Origin: Okamejei kenojei
Taxonomy: Eukaryota
DNA length: 64,000 nucleotides
Reading direction: 5' to 3'
NCBI GenBank assembly: GCA_035221665.1
Contig: CM069160.1
Location: 6,944,001-7,008,000 of the forward strand
The position numbers and the translations under genes were made by a program. The notes below the pieces were generated by a model. That model ran no database searches. It saw only the letters and a list, made by a program, of their open reading frames with translations, and was not told the DNA's origin. Positions 1-11,004 of this stretch are shown here, piece by piece; position 1 is the stretch's first letter; the number at the start of each line of letters is the position of its first letter.

Positions 1-312
1 TAAAAAAGTATTAGAAGCAAGGTCAGCTAAGTTTTGGAAGGCTGCCAAGACGCGAAATAAGATAGTGAAGGTCCAGGTGCGTGGCCTCGGATGTTTTGAA
101 GTTGAGACAAGGCTCGTTCTTTTTGAACTGAGGTCACTTCTAATCTTGGAAAAAAGTTTGGATGTTTTCTGAGAGTCCACTTTGTTTTAGTTTCTTATCT
201 GATGTTTGCAGAACATTCAGCTCAATGGTTATCAATAGTGACTGAAGCAAACTGAAGAGCCCCTGTTTGTCGAATTAGCAGACTTGGCAATCTATCAAGA
301 ACTGTTTAAATC

Positions 313-1660
313 CATGGAGCAAGATGGAGCAGGTGAGCCAGAAGTAGCCACAAGGTGGCGAAGTGAGGCCAAGGTATCTAGAAGAAGAAAATAAGGCCCA
401 AGTTGCCTACCTGAAAGAAACCCAGAAGGAGAGAAAAAAGGTATGGATACTAGTTACCAAATCAACAGAAAATCCGAAGAAACGAATGGAATCAGATGAG
501 AACGCAAGGTACGATCTAATCTGGTTTAACTATTCAACTTCTGCCATGAGGTTGGACGTAAACAAAAGGCACTGCTTGGTTCACAGTTGCCTCAGGTAGA
601 ACGCGATAGATACACCCAGTGGTGGGAAGAAAAGATTAAGTTATTCAAAGATTTCATGGAAGAGGTGGAGGATTGCTTATCTGAAATTATACCACAACTT
701 AATCAAGTAGTTGAGAAAGCGACGTAACAAGGTGCTGAAATGGAAGAGGAGTTTACCACTACAAGATAGTATTTCGAATGTATCTACACGAAGATCAAGA
801 CGTTAATCTGGTTCTCCAGCCAGTTCAGCGTCACGGGCCTCTGCTCAAATGAAAGTTCATGTTTATGTAGCCGCTCCGTCAATAGACGTGTATGCCTTGG
901 AGAAGAAACATGAGATTGATCGACAGGTAGAACCGCTGAAAGGGAACATGAGAATGAGGAGACAAGAAGAAGAGATGAGGCGACAAGAAGAAAAGTTGAG
1001 ACGACGAAAAGAATAGCTGGAACTAACCACAAAGTTGACGCTTGTCAAATCGAAGAAGGAGATAATGCAATGTGAGGGTTCAAGGTACAGCATCCGAGGG
1101 GATGAATACTTATTATATAAAATGAGTTGCTCAAAATGAAACAACAGCTAATTCAAATCTGCAGCCAGATGATATCCGTCCTCGTGACTCAGTACAGGCA
1201 TGCAGCCAAAAGACGGATCTCAGCAACTGGGTGTTAGACCTAAGCAAAGTACTTCTGGGGCGTCTGTCAAGGCTCGGGATAAACCACAACTCAGCACGCT
1301 TTTCCAAAGCCTGATACACAGGCTCGAGCATGCCAGTATGATTATCAGAGGCCTGTCTATCATTCGTTTGCGCCAAGCCAGGGATCTCAGGATGGATTCT
1401 TTGCAATGGCACATAGTCAAGCTGAATTCAACAGGCTCATAGCTCAAATAGATCTCTTTTTCACCCTTCCACCAATAGAAATTCCTACATTTGATGGTGA
1501 TCCTTTGCGGTAAGAAGCTTCCTGATGGCGTTTGACGAAGTAGTAGAAATGATAGTAGAAATGAAAACTACTGATGAAAAAGAGCGCTTACGATTTCTGG
1601 CGTATTAGACAAGCGGAAGTGTAGAAAGTTGTCTAAATAGGCCTGAAAGCCAAGGCCTAT
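313..1660 (+). mobile_element. Degenerate BEL/Pao LTR-retrotransposon gag fragment
   Basis: Manual translation of 1466-1655 gives LPPIEIPTFDGDPLR* / SFLMAFDEVVE..KTTDEKERLRFLAY*TSGSVESCLNRPESQG, matching the BEL/Pao gag (DUF1759-type) motif. Stops and frameshifts are present. Cut off by a CR1 at about 1660; the left boundary is approximate. Confidence 0.7.
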
Positions 1661-1661
1661 T

Positions 1662-3998
1662 TCAGTAGCGGTTAGGTTAAAACCGGGCGCGACCAGCTAG
1701 CAGATCAAATACATTCAAATACCTTATCGGGAGCAGCAGGCGTGAGTTCGGTGATTGGCTGAGACATTTAATTTGTTAATTGGTTGTGTAGCGAACTAGG
1801 TAATTTATCAGCCAATTTAAGCAAGGATTGTTGGCGGGGAGCGGCCTTGTCGAGGGAAGTGCCTTGTGAGAAAAGTGCCTTGAGGGAAAGTGCCGTGAGA
1901 AGATTGGCTTGTGAGAAAAATGCCTTGTGAGAAAAGTGCCTCGTGAGAAAAGTGACTCGTGAGAAAAGTGCCTAGTGAGAAAAGTACCTCGTGAGAAAAG
2001 TGCCTCGCGAGAAAAATGCCTCGTGAGAAAAGTGCCCGACTTTGGCTCGAGAGTCTTCGGCGAGGAGATTGAGGAGATGAGATTACACGAAGAGTTGGAG
2101 AGGCCGGGATGCGATGAAGACATGAGGGGTAAACTGATTCAGTGCGAGGCTTGCAGGATGTGGGAGGTCAGGGAAACTGATGATGCCTCTGTCTGCTACA
2201 ACTGTGGTAAGTGTGTCCAGGTTCAGATCCTGAAGGCCCGCGTTGGGGCACTGGGGAAGAAGCTGGATGACCTCAGGGCCATCCGAGGTAACGAGAGTTT
2301 CGTGGATAAGACCAACGGTGAGATTGAGACGCCTAGGCTACAGGAAGAGCGAAGGTGGGTGAATGTGAGAACGAGGAGTAAGCGTGGAGTGCAGGAGACC
2401 CCGGTGGCTGTGTGAATGAAAACCTAATGAAAACAGGCACACCCTTTTGGGAGCTGTCGGGGCGGCCGACGCTGCCAGTCCGACAAGTGGACAGGTCAGT
2501 GGCTCTAACCCAAGCGATGAGACTCGACCGGCGAGGCCGACGTCGGGCTGAGCTATAGTGGTGGGAGACACCATGGTCCGAGGTACGGGCTGGAGTTTCT
2601 GTGGCGGCAGCCGAGACTCCAGGATGGTCTGCTGCCTCCATGGTGCCAGGGTTAAAGAGATCACAGACCAACATCTTCGAGAGGGAAGGTGAACAACCCG
2701 CAGCAGTTGTGCACGTGGGCACAGACGACTTCGTGAGGAAGAGGAAGGCGGTTCTGCAACGCAAGTTTAGAGAGTTAGGAAGAAGTTTGAAAAGCATGAT
2801 TTCTGGGGTGGTTATACCTGGATTGCTTCCAGTACATCGTGCTAGTGAGGACAGGAACAGGGAGATAGGGGACCTGAATGGGTGGCTGAAGGTTGGTGCA
2901 GGGAGCAAATATAAAGCTTTTTAGGCCACTGGGATCCGTTCTGTGGTAGGGGTGACAGGTAGAATAGGGACGGGTTACACATCAAGTGGACGGGGACCAA
3001 CGTTCTGAAAGGCAGGTTTGCTAGTGCTACACGTGTCGGTTTAAAATAAATAGTGGTGGGGGTGGGGGGGGGGGGGGGTTGACAAATTGGGAGTATAAAA
3101 ATGCAGTTAAATGGAAAGCGAGCACAGGAAAAGGTACAAAAGACTCACGAAATATTGGGAAGGAAAGTTCGAGACGGATTAAGGTCAGGGCCAATATTGA
3201 CCGGTGTGAGAGGGGAGGTGATTACTGAAGTCAAAGTGTTGTTTATGAATGCGCGAAGTATAAGACATAAATTGGATGAGCTTGAGTGTCAGTTATAAAT
3301 TAGCACGTATGATGTTGTGGGAATGGTTGCAAGAGGACCAGGGCTGGCAACTGAATATTCAAGGGTAGACGTACTATCGAAATGACAGACAGGTTGGGAA
3401 GAGGGGGTGGGGTAACTGTTGGTGAGGAATTAAATCCAGTCCCTTGAGAGGGGTGACATAGAATCAGAAGATACAGTTTGGGTAGAACTGAGGAATTGCA
3501 AGGGTAAAAAGACCCTAATGGGAAATATCTACTGGCCGCCAAACAGGAGCCTGGAGACAGGATGCAAATTCAATCAAGAGTTAAAATTGGCATGTCGTAA
3601 AGGAAATACTACGGTTGTTATGGGAGATTTCAACATGCAGGTAGACTGGATAAATGAGATTGGTACTGGACCCCAAGAAAGGGAGTTTGTGGAGTGCTTG
3701 CGCGATGGATTCTTAGAGCAGCTTGTAATGGAGCCTATCAGGGAGAAGGCAATTCTGGATTTAGTGTTGTGTAATGAACCGGATTTGACAAGGGAACTTG
3801 TGGTTAAAGAGCCATTAGGATGCTAATGACCAAAATATGATACATTTTAATCTACAATTTGAGAGTTAGAAGGATAAATCGGAGGTGTCGGTGTTACAGT
3901 TGAAAAAAGGGGACTATGGAGCCACGAGGGAGGAGCTGGCCAAAGTTGACTGGAAAGATACTCTAGCAGGGATGACAGTGGAGCAACAATGGCATGTA
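1662..3998 (+). mobile_element. CR1 LINE 5' half (5'UTR, ORF1 zinc-finger/esterase, ORF2 AP endonuclease), degenerate
   Basis: ORF1 from ATG 2122 has CEAC..CGKC and a leucine zipper, followed by SGNH esterase motifs (VVGDTMVR, VVHVGTDD). ORF2 has FMNARSI, VMGDFN and ILDLVL. Interrupted at a TA by a Tc1. Confidence 0.88.
1858..2037 (+). repeat. About 16-bp tandem repeat (GTGAGAAAAGTGCCTC-like, about 11 copies) in the CR1 5'UTR
   Basis: Directly visible repeated units. Confidence 0.85.
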
Positions 3999-5346
3999 CA
4001 GTGGCTTGCAAAAGTATTCATACCCCTTGAACTTTTCCACATTTGTCACGTTACAACCACAAACGTAAATGTATTTTATTGCGATTTTTTGTGATAGACC
4101 AACACAAAGTGGTGCATAATTGTGAAGTGGAAGGAAAATGATACATGGTTTCCAAATGTTATTACAAATAAAAAACTGAAAAGTGTGGCGTGCAAAAGTA
4201 TTCAGCCCCCCTGAGTCAATACTTTGTAGAACCACCTTTCGCTGCAATTACAACTGCAAGTCTTTTGGGGTATGTCTCTACCAGCTTTGCACATCTAGAG
4301 ACTGAAATTATTGCCCATTCTTCTTTACAAAATAGCTCAAGCTCAGTCGGATTGTATGGAGAGCGTCTGTAAACAGCAATTGTCAAGTCCTGCCAGAGAT
4401 TCTCAATTGGATTTAGGTCTGGACTTTGACTGGGCCATTCTAACACATGAATATGCTTTGATCTAAATCATTCCATTGTAGCTCTGGCTGTATGTTTAGG
4501 ACTGTTGTCCTGCTGGAAGGTGAACCTTCGCCCCAGTCTCAAGTCTTTTGCAGACTCTAACAGGTTTTCTTCCACGATTGCCCTGTATTTGGCTCCATGC
4601 ATTTTCCCATCAACTCTGACCAGCTTCCCTGTCCCTGCTGAAGAAAAGCATCCCCACAGCATGATGCTGCCACCACCATGTTTCACAGTGGGGATAGTGT
4701 TTTCAGGATGATGTGCAGTGTTAGCTTTCCACCACACATAGCGTTTTGCATTCATGCCAAAAACTTCAATTTTGGTCTCATCAGACCAGAGCACCTTCCT
4801 CCACATGTTTGCTGTGTCCCCCACATGGCTTGTGGCAAACTGCAAACGGGACTCCTTATGGCTTTGTTTCAACAATGGCTTTCTTCTTGCCACTCTTCCA
4901 TAAAGACCCGGTTTGTGGAGTGCACGACTAATAGTTGTCCGGTGGACAGAATCTCCCACCTGAGCTGTGGATCTCTGCAGCTCCTCCAGAGTTACCATGG
5001 CTGCTTCTCTGATCAATGCTCTCCTTGCCCGGCCTGTCAGTTTAGTGGACAGGGCCATGTCTTGGTAGGTTTGCAGTTGTGACATACTCTTTCCATTTTC
5101 GGATGATGGATGGAACAGTGCTCCATGGGATGTTCAAAGCTTGGGATATTTTTTTATAATCTAGCCCTGCTTTAAACTTCTCCACAACTTTATCCCTGAC
5201 CTGTCTGGTGTGTTCCTTGGGCTTCATGATGCTGTTTGTTCACTAATGTTCTCTAACAAACCTCTGAGGCCTTCACAGAACAGCTGTATTTATACTGAGA
5301 TTAGATTACACACAAGTGGACTCTATTTACTAATTAGGTGACTTCT
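3999..5346 (-). mobile_element. Tc1-family DNA transposon, frameshifted transposase, one end missing
   Basis: TA at 3997-3998 followed by a CAGTG terminus. ORF pieces 5227-5042 (HTH, MKPKEHTRQVRDKVV), 5085-4468 (WSDETK, FQQDN) and 4446-4216 (WPSQSPDLNPIENLW). Confidence 0.93.
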
Positions 5347-5689
5347 GCTGAGGTGACGTCCCGACGGTCACAGGCACAGATGGAGACGGTTCCGGTCGAT
5401 GCAGGTCCGGCCAGTGTGGGGTGCGAGCGGCGTGTGGTCCCGGCGGCCAGTCTGGGCAACGGCACGTTTCCGCCGGCCAGACCGGCGTCCGCCACCGCAC
5501 CGGAGATCAGACTGTGCTCCCAGCCGTCCCCACGGCCAGTCAGTGCTCGGCCCGGGACCCGCCGCCGCCGCTGACAGTTCCAGTTGTTTGGCGAGTTTGA
5601 TCCCGAAAATGCCCACTGCGGTACAGGACTGGTCGGTCACACAACCTTGTAGTAAACAGCGGGAAATTGGGATCCCATTAAATGGCGGG

Positions 5690-6065
5690 GGAAAGGCCCT
5701 TCGGCCCAACTTGCCCGCACCGACCAACATACCGGGATTTTGCCGTGATAAAACGGCAACGGAAGCTTTCCCGGAAAAAGCCGGTGCTGGGAGCATGTCC
5801 CACCTACCTGCCTTTAAGCCCGACATGTACCTGTGTAACAGTTTCATAAATGTTGGCATAGTCCCTGCCACACCTGCCTCCTCTGACAGATTGTTCCATA
5901 CATTCGCCTCCTTTTGTGTGAAAAAATTACCCCTCAGGTTCCTATTAACTGCCCCCCCCTCCCCCCATTCACCGTAAACCTCTGCCCTCTGGTCCTCCAT
6001 TCCCCGACTCTGGCCAAGAGATTCGATGCGTCTACCCGATCTATTCCTCGCGATCACCTCCATGG
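5690..6065 (-). mobile_element. CR1 LINE 3' fragment
   Basis: Minus-strand translation RNLRGNFFTQ..NVWNNL..LLHRYM, typical of the CR1 ORF2 C-terminus. Confidence 0.7.
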
Positions 6066-6679
6066 ACGTTACAATTTCCCGGCGGGTCACCGTGAGGTTG
6101 TGTGACTGACACTTACTCCGCTCCTGCAGTTCCCGGACGGTTCCCGGGATTAACGGGCGCCGGGTCTGCTCCCGTGTCCATCAGGCGATTGTCCAGACCG
6201 TGTGGAATATGAGAATGCATCCGGTCCTGTAGAACCGGTGGTGATCCCGCTGCACAGGCACCGACGGTCAGCCTCGGCTTCCACCGCTGCCCGCCCGCCC
6301 CCGCGCCCACGGTTGGACTGCTCACAGACCCCGTCCCATCGGTCGGTCTGTGGCTAGTTTGGCGCGATTCCCCGCCGCTCTCCAGGCCATTTCACCACTT
6401 CAACAATCTCCCGGCGGCTCAGTGCAGTTTGTGCGGCGGACAATCTATCGGGTCCGAGCGCCGGGAGGGTTCCCGGGGTGAACGTGCGCCGGGAGCGTCA
6501 ATGGAATCGCAGAGGTTGACGTGGAAACGCGAAACTCCCTAAACACCGGTCTGGTATAATCCGGGGCACACGGGCAGCTCAGTGTCACGCACACGGCTGG
6601 AGGGGGCGTCGGAGCAGAGACAGCGGGAGCAGGTGGAAGGAGGGGGGGGCCGGGTCTGTTTTCCTTCGTGTCCGTTGCC

Positions 6680-7235
6680 AGGTGGGACGGGTGTCCGTGG
6701 CTGGTGTCTGGGTCAGATGGTTGCTGGGTCCCGGGGTCGGGTTGTCTGGTGGTCTGAGTCTGTGCCCACAAGCAACAGCCCCTCCCCCCCCGGTTGCCGG
6801 GTATAACCGGGTCTGGGGGGTGGGCTGGGTGGGACTGGGGGTCTGGTCTCGGGAGTCTGGGTCTGGGTCTGGGTCCTGGGTTCGTGGTCTGTATATGTGT
6901 GTGTCAGTGTCTGGGTCTGGGTCCGGGTCCGGGTCTGAGTCCTGGTCTGGTTCTGGGTCTGGGTATGGGTCCGTGTGTGGGTCTGGTCTGTCTGGGTCCT
7001 GGGACAGGGTGGGTCTGGGTCTGGGTCTGGGTCTGGGTCTGGGTCCGGGCCTGGGTCTGTGTCTGGGTCTGGGTCTGGGACCTGGTCTGGGTCCGGGTCT
7101 GAGTCTGGGTCTGGATGTGGATGTGGGTGTGAGTGTGGGTGTGGGTGTGGGTCCGGGTCTTTGCCTGTGCCTGGGTGCCTGGTCTGGGTCTGGGTCTGGG
7201 TCTGGTCGCGTCTGGTCCGGTGGATCGGGGTCTGT
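6680..7235. repeat. (GGGTCT)n degenerate hexamer repeat
   Basis: Directly visible; it explains the GS-, DP- and TQ-rich spurious ORFs. Confidence 0.9.
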
Positions 7236-7254
7236 GCCGGCCACCCGTCCCACT

Positions 7255-8346
7255 CAACATGGCGGAGGTGTACTGCAGCTGGTAGAGGATGATGGAGCCC
7301 AGGCTCCCACTGGTGACGCTGGCCTCGCCGAGCAGCAGCCCTCCGTAGCACAGCACACACACCTTCAGCAGCAGCCCCGAGAGCTGCAGGAGGCAAGAGC
7401 AGCACCGGGGCACCAGCCCGGCCACCCCAACCCCAGAGAAACACCCCTCACCCCCAGAGAATCACCCCTCACCCCCTCAACTCCAGAGAATCACCCCTCA
7501 CCCCCCACAGCCCGATTTCCCCTCAACCCTCAACCCCAGAGAATCACTCCCCCACCCCACCGGCCGCCCACCACCTCACCCCCTCACCCCCTCACCCCCA
7601 GAGAATCACCCTTCACCCCCCCCCCCTCCGCCCAACCACAACCCAATAGAAACACACCCAGATGCTACTACTGCAGACGCAGACGTACTTTCCCCCGGAC
7701 GCAGTCGCCCCTTCTGCAGACGCCCCTCCCACAGATGACCCTCTCCCAGACACAGAAGCCCCAACACAGACATCTCTCCTCCAGTCGCAGACGTACTTCC
7801 CCCTCCCGCAGACACACGTCTGTCTGACGCCCCTCCGCCAGATGCCGACGCCCCCCTTCCATGCTCACCAGCCGAGGACTGGACCACGGAGACAGCTACA
7901 AGGAGGAAGCGTCTGAGATCTGGTCGCAGACAGGACAGCAGTCTGGAGACGGAGGCGGTGGCGTGCATCTGCCCAGTGACTGAGCCCCCGTCTGGGACAG
8001 GAAGCGCTGGGCCACGACCAGCCCCAGGGCGGCGACCAGGTAGGTGGGGGCCAGGCGGGTGATGGGAGGGCGGGCAGGAGCTCGGTGTGGGTGGAGCCCG
8101 CGGCAGTGCCAGGCTGGCGTAGGTGGGTAGCAGCAGGCAGCAGGTGGCCAGTGCCGGCCACAGCTCGGCTAGACGGCTGCCCCCCAGACGGACCAGCGGC
8201 CGCAGGCAGATGCACCACCCCCCCTCCCCCCACAGCCAGACCTGCAACAGCGGCCCCACCCCCCACAGCCGCAGCGCCCCGCTCAGCCCGCAACTGACCG
8301 TCACATCCAACATGGCCAGTGGCAGTAGGAACACTGGCAACGCCAT
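7255..8346 (-). pseudogene. TAP1: TAP1 (ABCB2 peptide transporter) relic: exon 1 (8346-7869) and exon 6 (7383-7255) only
   Basis: Exon 1 runs MALPVFLLPLAMLDV...ATASVSRLLSCLRPDLRRFLLVAVSVVQSSAG|gtgag (phase-1 donor), compared with human TAP1 [30 protein letters not shown]|E as recalled. Exon 6 follows a cctgcag acceptor: 129 bp encoding LSGLLLKVCVLCYGGLLLGEASVTSGSLGSIILYQLQYTSAML, aligning without gaps to [43 protein letters not shown]. Its donor GT is one base off. No other TAP exons were seen. Confidence 0.82.
7428..7815. repeat. Short tandem repeats (CCCCAGAGAATCACCCCTCA-like and CGCAGACGTACTTCCCC-like) between the TAP1 exons
   Basis: Directly visible repeated units. Confidence 0.7.
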
Positions 8347-8779
8347 CCTCTCCTGCATCACAGGCAGCGCGTCACTGGCAGTGCCCACACTCCACCCACA
8401 CAGCACCACCAACCCTCTGCCCACCTCCCACTCCCCCGGCCTGCCATTCCCAACCGTTTATGCACAGGGCAGGTTTACAGGGATATGGGCCACGCGTATA
8501 TGTGAATCGTTTCCTTTGATACAGCTCCAAATACAATAACAAATAAAGAGCTGGAGGAGCCAGCGGAGCAGGGAGCGTCCCAACCCTTCACCAGATGCCC
8601 CTCTGTGTTGAACAACATGGAGGAGACACAGGGAACTGCAGGTGTTGGAATCTGGAGCAAAACACAAAGTGCTGGAGGAACGCAGCGAGTCAGGCTGCAA
8701 TGGGGGAGGGAATGGACAGATGACGCTCTGGGTCGGGACCCTTCTTCAGATATCAGTCTTTCAGGTTTCACATCCAGAG

Positions 8780-9870
8780 AGGGTGAGGAGGAGGGGGCGA
8801 ATGGGGCAGTGGGGGATGGGTGAGGAAGAGGGTGCGGGAAGGGGAAGAGCTTATGAGGAAGGCTGGGGAGCGGAGAATGCGACGGAGGAAGGGGACGTAT
8901 GCTGGGGCAGAGTGGGGAGGGAACGAATGAGGGGGAGGCAGAGGAGGGGGTGGGGTAAGGAGCATGGATGTGGGGATGGGGTGGGCTGTCCGGCCCCTGG
9001 GTCAGATGCCGAGCAGCACCCTCAATACCCCAGCCGCCCTCTCCCCACATCTTCCACTCTCTACCCAAAACTCTCCCCCCCTCAACACCCCCCCCCCCCC
9101 CAAATTCCCTCTCTACGTCACCCACCTCCTGCCCCCACCCGACCTCCTCAACCCCCCCCCCCCTCTCTGGAAATCCCTCTCCTTAAACCCCCCCCTCCCT
9201 CTCCCTCACCACCATCTACCCCAACCCCCTCTCCCCCTCAACTACTCCCTCCAGCACCCTCGGAAGCAAGTGGAGGCCTTCCCATTCCCCCTCCCCCCTC
9301 CCCAGCTCGCCGCCTCCTCCACCCGCCTCCCATGCTTCCCCCCACTGCTTCCCCCCACTGCTCTGCCCTCCTCTACCTGCCGGGGAAAAGTGGGGGAGGG
9401 AAAGAAGGGAGGAGGGGAGAGTGGAGGGGAGAGACGAGGGTGGGGAGAGGAGGGAAGGAGGGGATGAGGAAGACAGTGGTGAAAGGGCTGAGGGGGAAGG
9501 AGAAAATGGAGGGAGGAGGGAGGAGGGACGGGGGAATGGGCAGATGGGGGGGCTGGAAAGAGGAGGGAGGGGATAAGAGTTGAGGAAAAGTGGGGAGAGG
9601 AGAGGGGTGGAGATGAGGGGGAGAGGAGGAGTGGGGAGAGGAGGGAGGCGGAGGGGAGTATGGATTGGAGGAGAGAGGGGGAGGTATGGCGCAGTAGAAT
9701 GGTGGAGGTGTGTTATGGAGGGTGGTGAGGGTGGGATGTGTTATGGAGGGGGTTGACGGTGGGGGTGTGTTATGGAGGGGTTTGAGGGGTGGAGGTGTGT
9801 TGTGGAGGGGAGTGAGGGGTGGGAGTGTGTTATGGGGGTGAGGGTTGGAGATGGAGGGGATGATTAATGT
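8780..9870. repeat. Alternating G-rich / C-rich low-complexity tracts, including GGTGTGTTATGGAGGG repeats
   Basis: Base composition and visible repeats. Confidence 0.8.
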
Positions 9871-10395
9871 TGGAGGAGGTATATCGTCAATGATGTGGGG
9901 CAGTGAGACAGGTAAGTCCGGGGCAAGTAGACGAGTACATCGTGGGGATCGGCACGGCCGAGGGGGAGAGGTTACAGCAACGCCCGTGACCCGTGACCGG
10001 CAGGTCATGTATGACCAGTTCACTGGAGATCTTTGTGCAAGTGAGCCGCTGTGTGTTAGACACGGGGACCCTAACGCTACCTCCACCACGCATCACCAAC
10101 ACCCACCTCTTGCACTACTGTGGAATTGATTTTCTTTTCTAATTGTACTTCTGCCCAGCCTTCCTTCTTGTGTAATGTTCAGTGTAATTTATGTATAATT
10201 GGGTTTTGTGCTTGTGTGAGTCAATGTGCGTGTGACGCTGCAGCAAGCAATGCCATTGTAGCTGTGCCTCTCCGTACTTGTGGATGCGACAATAAACTTC
10301 CAACTGCTGCAACTTGAATATGCCCTGGTTTATTATTTAGTTTCCAAAAGGCCCCAAGGGTCATCGGAAACTTTCCCCCAGAACCTTTCTCCACC

Positions 10396-10680
10396 GGGCG
10401 TCACGGTGGCGCAGCGGTAGAGTTGCTGCCTCACAGAGCCAGGGGCCCGGGTTCAATCTTGACTACGGGTGCTGTCTGTGCGGAGTTTGTACGTTCTCCC
10501 CGTGAACTAAGTGGATTTTGTCCGGAACCTCCCATACTCTAAAAGCGTACAGGTTTGAATGTTAATTGGCTTGGTGTGAATGTAAATTGTCCCTAGTGTG
10601 TGTAGGATCGTGTTAATGTGCGGGGATCACTGGTCGGTGAGAACTTGGTGGGCCGTTTGCGCACTGTATCTCCAAACTCA
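10396..10680 (+). mobile_element. tRNA-derived SINE (HE1/V-SINE type)
   Basis: A box TGGCGCAGCGG, B box GGTTCAATC, central GGAGTTTGTACGTTCTCCCCGTG domain, 3' tail CTGTATCTC..AAACT; several copies in the window. Confidence 0.85.
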
Positions 10681-10899
10681 ACCAAAGGCCATTGGTTTAA
10701 GGCCAGGGATAAGAGGTGAGAGGGGATGAGGTTCTTGAACCAACACAACCTACACAACCCAGACATTATCTCAGTAATGAAACTCGACAGCCATCTCTTC
10801 ACTGCAATGGGCGTGTTTATTTGTGTAATTAAGTTTTTGAATTAATATCCTGTTCTTTTTTTTCATTAAATAATGAAATTAGTGTATATTCTGATTTTC

Positions 10900-10957
10900 A
10901 CTGCCCCCCTACCTTTCTCCTTGTATTCCTTCCCCTCTCCACTCTCCCACGTCTCTC

Positions 10958-11004
<47 letters not shown>

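Noticed and set aside
6585-7827. Overlapping GS-, DP- and TQ-repeat ORFs
   Set aside because: Produced by the (GGGTCT)n repeat; only the embedded TAP1 exon 6 is meaningful.
8350-10300. PSMB9 head-to-head with TAP1 (or PSMB8 downstream of it)
   Set aside because: No proteasome beta-subunit motifs (e.g. GTTIMAV, GSGS) were recognised in any frame.
10396-10480. tRNA gene
   Set aside because: The A and B boxes belong to a tRNA-derived SINE head followed by the SINE body and tail; no full cloverleaf is evident.
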